Shown here piece after piece: positions 34,501 through 47,100 of a stretch of 64,000 bases of DNA. Position 1 is the stretch's first letter; every line of letters starts with the position of its first letter. The stretch is from Bugula neritina. Its lineage: Eukaryota; Animalia; Bryozoa. Made by a program: the position numbers and the translations under genes. The notes below the pieces were generated by a model. That model searched no databases. It was not told the origin of the DNA and saw only the letters and a list, made by a program, of their open reading frames with translations. The DNA is taken from NCBI GenBank assembly GCA_964035545.1, contig OZ037770.1:6954729-7018728 (forward strand), given 5' to 3'.

Positions 34501-37500
34501 TGTTGCAGTATGTTGCAGTATATTTCAGTATGTTGCAGTATATTTCAGTGTGTTGCAGTATAATTCAGTGTGTTGCAGTATATTTCAGTATGTTGCAGTA
34601 TATTTCAGTCTTTTGCAGTATAATTCAGTGTGTTGCAAGTTATTTCAATATGTACAGTGTATTTCAAGTTTTTACAGTGTTTTTTAGTAGGTTGAAGTAT
34701 GTTGCAGTATGTCACAGTGTATTTCATTATGTTGCAGTTTCTTGCGTTATATTTCAATATGTTGCAGTATATTTCAATGTGTTGCAGGCTATTTCAGTAT
34801 GTTACAGTGCATTTCAGTATGTTGCAGTATGTTGCAATATATTTCAGTGTGTTGCAGTATATTCAAATGTGTTGCAGTGTATTTCAGTATGTTGCAGTAT
34901 GTTGCAGTATGTCACAGTGTATTTCAGTATGTTACAGTGTATTTCAGTATGTTGCAGTTTGTTGCAGAATATTTCTGTATGTTGCAGTATGTTTCTGTGT
35001 GTTGCAGTATGTTTCAGTATATTATGTATATTTAGGTATTTTGCAGTATATTCCAATGTGTTGCAGTGTATTTCAGTATGTTGCAGTTTGTTGCAGTGTA
35101 TTTCAGTATGTCACAGTGTAATTTAGTATGTTGCAGTATCTTGCATTATATTTCAATATTTTGCAGGATATTTCAATGTGTTGCAGTATATTTCGGTATA
35201 TTATCATATATTTAGGTATTTTACAGTATATTATAATGTGTTTCAGTGTATTTCAGTATGTTGCAGTATGTTGCAGAATATTTCAGTATGTTGCAGTATA
35301 TTTCAGTATGTTGCAGTATATTTCAGTGTGTTGCAGTATATTTCAATGTTTTGCAGGGTAATTCAATATGTTGCAGTGTATTTCAGTATGTTGCAGTATG
35401 TTGCAGTGTATTTCAGTATGTTACAGTGTATTTCAGTATGTTGCAGTATATTTCAGTGTGTTACAGTGTATATCAGTATGTTACAGTACGTTTCCGTATA
35501 ATACACTATACTTCGGGGACTTGTGGTGTCTTTCAGTATCCTACAGCATAATTCAGTATGTTGCAGTTTTTTTCAATGTGTAATAATATATTTCAGTAGT
35601 TTACAATATATTTTGGTATGTTACAGTATAATTCAGTGTATTGCAGTATAATTTAATGTGTTGAAATGTATTTCAATATGTTACACTGTATTTCAACATG
35701 TTGCACTGTATTTCAGTATGTTACAGCGTATTGCAGTATGTTGCAGTATATTTAAGTATATTTCAGTATGTTGCATTATTCTTCAGTATGTTGCCTATGT
35801 TTCATTATGTTACAGTATATTTCAGTATCTTGCATTATATTTCAATATGTTGCAGTATATTTCAGTATGTTGCAGGATATTTCAGTGAGCTGTCAGTATA
35901 TTTCAATGTGTTGAAGGGTAGTTCAATATGTTACCCTGTATTTCAGTATGTTGCAGTATGTTGCACTATGTTGCAGTGTATTTCAGTATGTTAGAGTGTG
36001 TTTCTATCTGTTGCAGTATCTTGCAGTATATTTCAGTATGTTGCAGTATATTTCAGTGTGTTGCAGTATATTTTAAGGTGTTGCAGGGTATCTCAATATG
36101 TTACAGTCTATTTCAGTATGTTGCAGTATGTTGGAGTGTATTTCAGTATGTTACAGTATATTTCAGTATGTTGCAGTATGTTGCAGTATATTACAGTAGG
36201 TTGCAGTGTGTTTCGGGATGTTGCTTATGTTTCAGTATGTTACAGTATGTTTTAGTATTTTGCAGTATATTTCACTGTGTTGCAGTGTATTTCAATATTT
36301 TATAGTGTTTTTCAGTAGGTTGCAGTATGTTGCAGTATGTTGCAGTATACTTCAGTATGTTGCAGTATATTTCGGTGTGTTGCAGTGTATTTCAGTATGT
36401 CACAGTGCATTTCAGTATGTTGCAGTGTGTTACAGTACATTTTCGCATATTACACTATACTTCAGCGAGTTGTGGTGTCTCTCAGTATGCTACAGCGTAA
36501 TTCAGTATGTTGCAGTATTTTTCAATGTGTTACAGTATATTTCAGTATATTACCGTATATTGAGGTATTTTGCAGTATTTTCCAATGTGTTGCAATGTGT
36601 TTCAGTATGTTACAGTGTATTTCAAGTTTTTACAGTGTTTTTTAGTAGGTTGAAGTATGTTGCAGTATGTCACAGTGTATTTCATTATGTTGCAGTTTCT
36701 TGCGTTATATTTCAATATGTTGCAGTATATTTCAATGTGTTGCAGGCTATTTCAGTATGTTACAGTGCATTTCAGTATGTTGCAGTATGTTGCAGTATAT
36801 TTCAGTATGTTGCAGTATATTTCAGTGTGTTGCAGTATAATTCAATGTGTTGCAGTATATTTCAGTATGTTGCAGTATATTTCAGTCTTTTGCAGTATAA
36901 TTCAGTGTGTTGCAAGTTATTTCAATATGTACAGTGTATTTCAAGTTTTTACAGTGTTTTTTAGTAGGTTGAAGTATGTTGCAGTATGTCACAGTGTATT
37001 TCATTATGTTGCAGTTTCTTGCGTTATATTTCAATATGTTGCAGTATATTTCAATGTGTTGCAGGCTATTTCAGTATGTTACAGTGCATTTCAGTATGTT
37101 GCAGTATGTTGCAGTATATTTCAGTGTGTTGCAGTATATTCCAATGTGTTGCAGTGTATTTCAGTATGTTGCAGTATGTTGCAGTATGTCACAGTGTATT
37201 TCAGTATGTTACAGTGTATTTCAGTATGTTGCAGTTTGTTGCAGAATATTTCTGTATGTTGCAGTATGTTTCTGTGTGTTGCAGTATGTTTCAGTATATT
37301 ATGTATATTTAGGTATTTTGCAGTATATTCCAATGTGTTGCAGTGTATTTCAGTATGTTGCAGTTTGTTGCAGTGTATTTCAGTATGTCACAGTGTAATT
37401 TAGTATGTTGCAGTATCTTGCATTATATTTCAATATGTTGCAGTATATTTCAATGTGTTGCAGTATATTTCGGTATATTATCATATATTTAGGTATTTTA

Positions 37501-40484
37501 CAGTATATTATAATGTGTTACAGTGTATTTCAGTATGTTGCAGTATGTTGCAGAATATTTCAGTATGTTGCAGTATATTTCAGTATGTTGCAGTATATTT
37601 CAGTGTGTTGCAGTATATTTCAATGTTTTGCAGGGTAATTCAATATGTTGCAGTGTATTTCAGTATGTTGCAGTATGTTGCAGTGTATTTCAGTATGTTA
37701 CAGTGTATTTCAGTGTGTTGCAGTATATTCCAATGTGTTGCAGTGTATTTCAGTATGTTGCAGTATGTTGCAGTATGTCACAGTGTATTTCAGTATGTTA
37801 CAGTGTATTTCAGTATGTTGCAGTTTGTTGCAGAATATTTCTGTATGTTGCAGTATGTTTCTGTGTGTTGCAGTATGTTTCAGTATATTATGTATATTTA
37901 GGTATTTTGCAGTATATTCCAATGTGTTGCAGTATATTTCAGTGTGTTGCAGTATAATTCAGTGTGTTGCAGTATATTTCAGTGTGTTGCAGTATATTTC
38001 AATGTGTCGCAGGGTATTTCGATATGTTAGAGTGTATTTCAATATTTTACAGTGTTTTTCAGTTGGTTGCAGTATGTTGCAGTATGTTGCAGTGTATTTC
38101 AGTATGTCACAGTGCATTTCAGTATGTTGCAGTGTGTTACAGTACATTTTCGCATATTACACTATACTTCAGCGAGTTGTGGTGTCTCTCAGTATGCTAC
38201 AGCGCAATTCAGTATGTTGCAGTATTTTTCAATGTGTTACAGTATATTTCAGTATATTACCGTATATTGAAGTATTTTGCAGTATTTTCCAATGTGTTGC
38301 ATGGTGTTTCAGTATGTTACAGTGTATTTCAGTATGTTGCAGTATGCTGCAGTATATTTCAGTATGTTGCAGTATAATTCAGTCTTTTGCAGTATAATTC
38401 AGTGTGTTGTGGTATATTTCAATGTGTTGCAAGGTATTCCAATATGTACAGTGTATTTCAAGTTTTCACAGTGTTTTTTAGTAGGTTGAAGTATGTTGCA
38501 GTATGTCACAGTGTATTTCATTATGTTGCAGTTTCTTGCGTTATATTTCAATATGTTGCAGTATATTTCAATGTGTTGCAGGCTATTTCAGTATGTTACA
38601 GTGCATTTCAGTATGTTGCAGTATGTTGCAGTATATTTCAGTGTGTTGCAGTATATTTCAGTGTGTTGCAGTATATTTCACTGTGTCGCAGGGTATTTCA
38701 ATATGTTAGAGTGTATTTCAATATTTTACAGTGTTTTTCAGTTGGTTGCAGTATGTTGCAGTATGTTGCAGTGTATTTTAGTATGTCACAGTGCATTTCA
38801 GTATGTTGCAGTATGTTACAGTATATTTTCGCATATTACACTATACTTCAGCGAGTCGTGGTGTCTCTCAGTATGCTACAGCGTAATTCAGTATGTTGCA
38901 GTATTTTTCAATGTGTTACGGTATATTTCAGTATATTACCGTATATTTAGGTATTTTGCAGTATATTCCAATGTGATGCAGTGTGTTTCAGTATGTTACA
39001 GTGTATTTCAGTATGTTGCAGTATGCTGCAGTATATTTCAGTATGTTGCAGTATATTTCAGTCTGTTGCAGTATAATTCAGTGTGTTGCGGTATGTTTCA
39101 ATGTGTTGCAAGGTATTTCAATATGTACAGTGTATTTCAAGTTTTTACAGTGTTTTTTAGTAGGTTGCAGTATGTTGCAGTATGTCACAGTGTATTTCAG
39201 TATGTTGCAGTTTCTTGCGTTATATTTCAATATGTTCCAGTATACTTCAATGTGTTGCAGGGTATTTCAATGTGTTACAGTGTATTTCAATCTTTCACAG
39301 TGTTTTTCAGTAGGTTGCAGTATTCTGCAGTATGTCACAGGGTATTTCAGTATGTTACAGTGTATTTCATTATGTTGCAGTATGTTACAGTACACTTTCG
39401 TATATTACAGTATACTTTAGCGAGTTGTGAAGTTTCTAAGTATGCTACAGCGTAATTCAGTATGTTGCAGTAATTTTCAATGTGTTACAGTATTTTTCAG
39501 TATAAAACCGTATATTTAAGTATTTCGCAGTATAATCCAATGTGTTGCTGTGTGTTTCAGTATGTTACAGTGCATTTAAGTATGTTTCAGTATGTTGCAG
39601 TACATTTCAGTATGTTGCAGTGTACGTATGTGTGTTGCAGTATATCCCTGTGTGTTGCAGGTTATTTCAATGTGTTGCAGGGTATTTCAGTATGTTGCAG
39701 TGTATTTCAGTATGTTGCAGTATCTTGCAGTATATTTCAGTATGTTGCAGTATATTTCGGTATGTAGCTTATGTTTCAGTATGTTACAGTATGTTTCAGT
39801 ATTTTGCAGTATATTTCACTGTGTTACACTGTATTTCTATATTTTACAGTGTTTTTCAGTAGGTTGCAGTATGTTGCAGTGTATTTCAGTATGCCACAGT
39901 GTATTTCAGTATGTTGCAGTGTCTTGAATTAAATTTCAATATGTTGCAGTATATTTCAATGTGTTGCAGTATATTTCAGTATATTACCGTATCTTTAGTT
40001 ATTCTGCAGTATATTCCAATGTGTCCCAGTGTGTTTCAGTATGTTACAGTGCATTTAAGTATATTGCAGTATATTGCATTATATTTCAATATGTTGCAGT
40101 ATATTTTAATAAGTCGAAGTATATTTCAGAATGTTGCCGATTGTTTCAGTGTGTTGCAGTATATTTCACTGTGTTACAGTGTATTTCAAAATGTTACAGT
40201 GCATTCAAGTATATTGCAGTATGTTGCAGTATATTTCAGTATGTTGCAGGATATTTCAGTGTGTTGCAGTATATTTCAATGTGTTGCAGGGTAATTCAGT
40301 ATGTTACAGTGTATTTCAGTATCTTGCAGTATGTTGCAGTGTATTTCAGTATGTTACAGTGTATTTCAGTATGTTGCGTTATCTTGCAGTATATTTTAGT
40401 ATATTGCGGTATATTTTAGTATGTTGCTTATGTTTTAGTATATTACAGTATGTTTTAGTGTTTTGCAGTATATTTCACTGTGTT

Positions 40485-41240
40485 CACAGGATAGTTAAGG
40501 GCATCCTCACTAAGAATATCATAAATTTCTCTCAAAATGTAGTTCGGGTTCTTGAATAATATTGCTCTGCGGGTGGCATGCGTGTTGCCTACTTGTAATT
40601 GTTTAGCCTAAGATTAAACTACAACCAATAAGCAGCAACCTTTGTTAGGGCTGTGTTATCTATCAACATTCCATTATTGGTGCTACATAAACAAAGTACA
40701 AAGCAAGCTATTCATTATAGCCTGCCAGCTAGCAAGCCTGTAATTATTATGTAGGCGCCAATATCTTCTCATCCCTACGTGCTCAGTGAAGCGTGAAGCG
40801 CTGCGCGCTGCTAGTTTCTTATGAGAAAATATGGCATTTTCAGTGTATAAATCACCAATTTAGGAGCAATCTAGCAGAGTTATTGAAAAAAGAAAAAAAC
40901 TTACACTAGAGAAATATCTCAGGATTCCAGCAGTGCAATTTTTATTCAGATATCATGTTTTGCTGCTGAGATATTTTACTGGTACTGAAAAGTCAGCTTT
41001 TCAGGCAAAATTGGCCAAAATTCGGCAGTTTTTTGTCTATAACTTCGCAAAAAAAATGAAAATTGAAATTTCCAAAAAACTTACACTGGAGAAAAAGAAG
41101 ATCTACAACATAGTTTTTAAATTTTGACTCTAGCACAACTAGGTGAGATTTTATTTTACTGGTACTGAATTCTTATATGATTACAATGCAAAGCTCAGCA
41201 AGGCAGTTGCAGCTAAAAGGTTGCCCTTAACTATCCTGTG
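40485..41240 (+). mobile_element. CACAG-MITE copy 3 (756 bp), opposite orientation to copies 1 and 2, 3-bp GTT TSD
   Basis: TIRs CACAGGATAGTTAAGGGCA...TGCCCTTAACTATCCTGTG; flanks CTGTGTT|...|GTTACAG against the empty site CTGTGTTACAG. Confidence 0.93.
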
Positions 41241-43359
41241 GTTACAGTGTATTTCAATATTTTACAGTGTTTTTCAGTGTATTTCAGTATGTTGCAGTTT
41301 CTTGCGTTATATTTCAATATGTTGCAGTATATTTCAATGCGTTGCAGGGTATTTCAATATGTTACAGTGTATTTCATTCTTTTACAGTGTTTTTCAGTAT
41401 GTTGCAGTATTTTGCAGCGTATTTCAGTATGTTGTAGTGTATTTCAGGATGTTGCAGTATCTTGAATTGTATTTCAATATGTTGCAGTATATTTCAATGT
41501 GTTGCAGTATATTTCAGTATATTACTGTATATTTAGGTATTTTGCAGTATATTCCAATGTGTTCCAGTGTGTTTCAGTATGTTACAGTGCATTTCAGTAT
41601 GTTGCAGTATGTTGCAGTATATTTCGGTATGTTGCAGGATTTTACAGTGTGTTGCAGTAGATTTCAATGTGTTGCAGGGTAATTCAATATGTTACAGTGT
41701 ATTTCAGTATCTTACAGTATGTGGCAGTGTATTTCAGTATGTTGCAGTGTTTTTCAGTATGTTGCAGTATCTTCCAGGATATTTCAGTATGTTGCAGTAT
41801 ATTTCAGTATGTTGCTTATGTTTCAGTATGTTACAGTATGTTTTAGTATTTTTCAGTATATTTCACTGTCTCACAGTGTATTTCAAAATGCTACAGTGTA
41901 ATTTAGTATGTTGCAGTATGTTGCAGCATATTTCAGTCTGTTGCAGTATAATTCAGTGTGTTGCGGTATGTTTCAATGTGTAGCAAGGTGTTTCAATATG
42001 TACAGTGCATTTCAAGTTTTTACAGTGTTTTTTAGTAGGTTGCAGTATGTTGCAGTATATCACAGTGTATTTCAGTATGTTGCAGTTTCTTGCGTCATAT
42101 TTCAATATGTTGCAGTATATTTCAATGTGTTGCAGGGTATTTCAATATGTTACAGTGTATTTCATTCTTTTACAGTGTTTTTCAGTAGGTTGCAGTATTC
42201 TGCAGTATGTCACAGAGTATTTCAGTATGTTACAGTGTATTTCATTATGTTGCAGTATGTTACAGTACACTTTCGTATATTACAGTATACTTTAGCGAGT
42301 TGTGAAGTTTCTAAGTATGCTACAGCGTAATTAAGTATGTTGCAGTAATTTTCAATGTGTTACAGTATTTTTCAGTATAAAACCGTATATTTAAGTATTT
42401 CGCAGTATAATCCAATGTGTTGCTGTGTGTTTCAGTATGTTACAGTGCATTTAAGTATGTTTCAGTATGTTGCAGTACATTTCAGTATGTTGCAGTGTAC
42501 GTATGTGTGTTGCAGTATATCCCTGTGTGTTGCAGGTTATTTCAATGTGTTGCAGGGTATTTCAGTATGTTGCAGTGTATTTCAGTATGTTGCAGTATCT
42601 TGCAGTATATTTCAGTATGTTGCAGCATATTTCGGTATGTAGCTTATGTTTCAGTATGTTACAGTATGTTTCAGTATTTTGCAGTATATTTCACTGTGTT
42701 ACACTGTATTTCTATATTTTACAGTGTTTTTCAGTAGGTTGCAGTATGTTGCAGTGTATTTCAGTATGCCACAGTGTATTTAGGTATGTTGCAGTGTCTT
42801 GAATTAAATTTCAATATGTTGCAGTATATTTCAATGTGTTGCAGTATATTTCAGTATATTACCGTATCTTTAGTTATTCTGCAGTATATTCCAATGTGTC
42901 CGAGTGTGTTTCAGTATGTTACAGTGCATTTAAGTATATTGCAGTATATTGCATTATATTTCAATATGTTGCAGTATATTTTAATAAGTCGAAGTATACT
43001 TCAGAATGTTGCCGATTGTTTCAGTGTGTTGCAGTATATTTCACTGTGTTACAGTGTATTTCAAAATGTTACAGTGCATTCAAGTATATTGCAGTATGTT
43101 GCAGTATATTTCAGTATGTTGCAGGATATTTCAGTGTGTTGCAGTATATTTCAATGTGTTGCACGGTAATTCAGTATGTTACAGTATATTTCAGTATCTT
43201 GCAGTATGTTGCAGTGTATTTCAGTATGTTACAGTGTATTTCAGTATGTTGCGTTATCTTGCAGTATATTTTAGTATATTGCGGTATATTTTAGTATGTT
43301 GCTTATGTTTTAGTATATTACAGTATGTTTTAGTGTTTTGCAGTATATTTCACTGTGTT

Positions 43360-44115
43360 CACAGGATAGTTAAGGGCATCCTCACTAAGAATATCATAAA
43401 TTTCTCTCAAAATGTAGTTCGGGTTCTTGAATAATATTGCTCTGCGGGTGGCATGCGTGTTGCCTACTTGTAATTGTTTAGCCTAAGATTAAACTACAAC
43501 CAATAAGCAGCAACCTTTGTTAGGGCTGTGTTATCTATCAACATTCCATTATTGGTGCTACATAAACAAAGTACAAAGCAAGCTATTCATTATAGCCTGC
43601 CAGCTAGCAAGCCTGTAATTATTATGTAGGCGCCAATATCTTCTCATCCCTACGTGCTCAGTGAAGCGTGAAGCGCTGCGCGCTGCTAGTTTCTTATGAG
43701 AAAATATGGCATTTTCAGTGTATAAATCACCAATTTATGAGCAATCTAGCAGAGTTATTGAAAAAAGAAAAAAACTTACACTAGAGAAATATCTCAGGAT
43801 TCCAGCAGTGCAATTTTTATTCAGATATCATGTTTTGCTGCTGAGATATTTTACTGGTACTGAAAAGTCAGCTTTTCAGGCAAAATTGGCCAAAATTCGG
43901 CAGTTTTTTGTCTATAACTTCGCAAAAAAAATGAAAATTGAAATTTCCAAAAAACTTACACTGGAGAAAAAGAAGATCTACAACATAGTTTTTAAATTTT
44001 GACTCTAGCACAACTAGGTGAGATTTTATTTTACTGGTACTGAATTCTTATATGATTACAATGCAAAGCTCAGCAAGGCAGTTGCAGCTAAAAGGTTGCC
44101 CTTAACTATCCTGTG
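43360..44115 (+). mobile_element. CACAG-MITE copy 4, a duplicate of copy 3 produced by a 2,875-bp tandem duplication
   Basis: Near-identical to copy 3 with identical flanks; offset exactly 2875. Confidence 0.93.
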
Positions 44116-47100
44116 GTTACAGTGTATTTCAATATTTTACAGTGTTTTTCAGTGTATTTCAGTATGTTGCAGTTTCTTGCGTTATATTTCAATATGTTGC
44201 AGTATATTTCAATGCGTTGCAGGGTATTTCAATATGTTACAGTGTATTTCATTCTTTTACAGTGTTTTTCAGTATGTTGCAGTATTTTGCAGCGTATTTC
44301 AGTATGTTGTAGTGTATTTCAGGATGTTGCAGTATCTTGAATTGTATTTCAATATGTTGCAGTATATTTCAATGTGTTGCAGTATATTTCAGTATATTAC
44401 TGTATATTTAGGTATTTTGCAGTATATTCCAATGTGTTCCAGTGTGTTTCAGTATGTTACAGTGCATTTCAGTATGTTGCAGTATGTTGCAGTATATTTC
44501 GGTATGTTGCAGGATTTTACAGTGTGTTGCAGTAGATTTCAATGTGTTGCAGGGTAATTCAATATGTTACAGTGTATTTCAGTATCTTACAGTATGTGGC
44601 AGTGTATTTCAGTATGTTGCAGTGTTTTTCAGTATGTTGCAGTATGTTACAGTACATTTTCGCATATTACACTTTACTTCAGCGAGTTGTGGTGTCTCTT
44701 AGTACGCTACAGCGTAATTCAGTATGTTGCAGTATTTTTCAATGTGTTACAGTATATTTCAGTATATTACCGTAATTTGAGGTATTTTGCAGTATTTTCC
44801 GATGTGTTGCAATGTGTTTCAGTATGTTACAGTGCATTTCAGTATGTTGCAGTATGTTGCAGTATATTTCAGTATGTTGCAGGGTATTTCGATATGTTAC
44901 AGTGTATTTCAGTATGTTGCAGTATGTTGCAGTGTATTTCAGTATGTTGCAGTGTATTTCAGTATGTTGCAGTATCTTGCAGTATATTTCAGTATGTTGC
45001 AGTGTGTTTCGGGATGTTGCTTATGTTTCAGTATGTTACAGTATGTTTTAGTATTTTGCAGTATATTTCACTGTGTTACAGTGTGTTTCAATATTTTACA
45101 GTGTTTTTCAGTAGGTTGCAGTATGTTGCAGTATGTTGCAGTATACTTCAGTATGTTGCAGTATATTTCGGTGTGTTGCAGCATATTTCAGTGTGTTGCA
45201 GTATATTTCAATGTGTTGCAGTATATTTCAGTATATTACCGTATCTTTAGTTATTCTGCAGTATATTCCAATGTGTCCCAGTGTGTTTCAGTATGTTACA
45301 GTGCATTTAAGTATATTGCAGTATATTGCATTATATTTCAATATGTTGCAGTATATTTTAATAAGTCGAAGTATATTTCAGAATGTTGCCGATTGTTTCA
45401 GTGTGTTGCAGTATATTTCACTGTGTTACAGTGTAGTTCAAAATGTTACAGTGCATTTAAGTATATTGCAGTATGTTGCAGTATATTTCAGTATGTTGCA
45501 GGATATTTCAGTGTGTTGCAGTATACTTCAATGTGTTGCAGGGTAATTCAGTATGTTACAGTGTATTTCAGTATCTTGCAGTATGTTGCAGTGTATTTCA
45601 GTATGTTACAGTGTATTTCAGTATGTTGCGTTATCTTGCAGTATATTTTAGTATATTGCGGTATATTTTAGTATGTTGCTTATGTTTTAGTATATTACAG
45701 TATGTTTTAGCGTTTTGCAGTATATTTCACTGTGTTACAGTGTATTTCAATATTTTACAGTGTTTTTCAGTGTATTTCAGTATGTTGCAGTTTCTTGCGT
45801 TGAATTTCAATATGTTGCAGTATATTTCAATGCGTTGCAGGGTAATTCAATATGTTACAGTGTATTTCATTCTTTTACAGTGTTTTTCAGTATGTTGCAG
45901 TATTTTGCAGCGTATTTCAGTATGTTGTAGTGTATTTCAGGATGTTGCAGTATCTTGAATTGTATTTCAATATGTTGCAGTATATTTCAATGTGTTGCAG
46001 TATATTTCAGTATATTACCGTATATTTAGGTATTTTGCAGTATATTCCAATGTGTTCCAGTGTGTTTCAGTAAGTTACAGTGCATTTCAGTATGTTGCAG
46101 TATGTTGCAGTATATTTCGGTATGTTGCAGGATTTTACAGTGTGTTGCAGTAGATTTCAATGTGTTGCAGGGTAATTCAATATGTTACAGTGTATTTCAG
46201 TATCTTACAGTATGTGGCAGTGTATTTCAGTATGTTGCAGTGTTTTTCAGTATGTTGCAGTATCTTCCAGGATATTTCAGTATGTTGCAGTATATTTCAG
46301 TATGTTGCTTATGTTTCAGTATGTTACAGTATGTTTTAGTATTTTTCAGTATATTTCACTGTCTCACAGTGTATTTCAAAATGTTACAGTGTAATTTAGT
46401 ATGTTGCAGTATGTTGCAGTATATTTCAGTCTGTTGCAGTATAATTCAGTGTGTTGCGGTATGTTTCAATGTGTAGCAAGGTGTTTCAATATGTACAGTG
46501 CATTTCAAGTTTTTACAGTGTTTTTTAGTAGGTTGCAGTATGTTGCAGTATATCACAGTGTATTTCAGTATGTTACAGTGTATTTCATTATGTTGCAGTA
46601 TGTTACAGTACATTTTCGTATATTACACTATACTTCAGCGAGTTGTGGTGTTTCTCGGTATGCTACAGCGTAATTCAGTATGTTGCAGTAATTTTCAATG
46701 TGGTACAGTATTTTTCAGTATAAAACCGTATATTTAGGTATTTCGCAGGATAATCCAATGTGTTGCTGTGTGTTTCAGTATGTTACAGTGCATTCAAGTA
46801 TGTTTCAGTATGTTGCAGTACATTTCAGTATGTTGCAGTGTACTTATGTGTGTTGCAGTATATCCCTGTGTGTTGCAGGTTATTTCATTGTGTTGCAGGG
46901 TATTTCGATATGTTACAGTGTATTTCAGTATGTTGCAGTATGTTGCAGTGTATTTCAGTATGTTGCGGTATCTTGCAGTTTATTTCAGTATATTGCAGTG
47001 TATTTTGGTATGTTGCTTATGTTTCAGTATCTTACAGTATGTTTTAATATTTTGCAGTATATTTCACTGTGTTAAAGTGTATTAACATTTTTTAGAGTGC

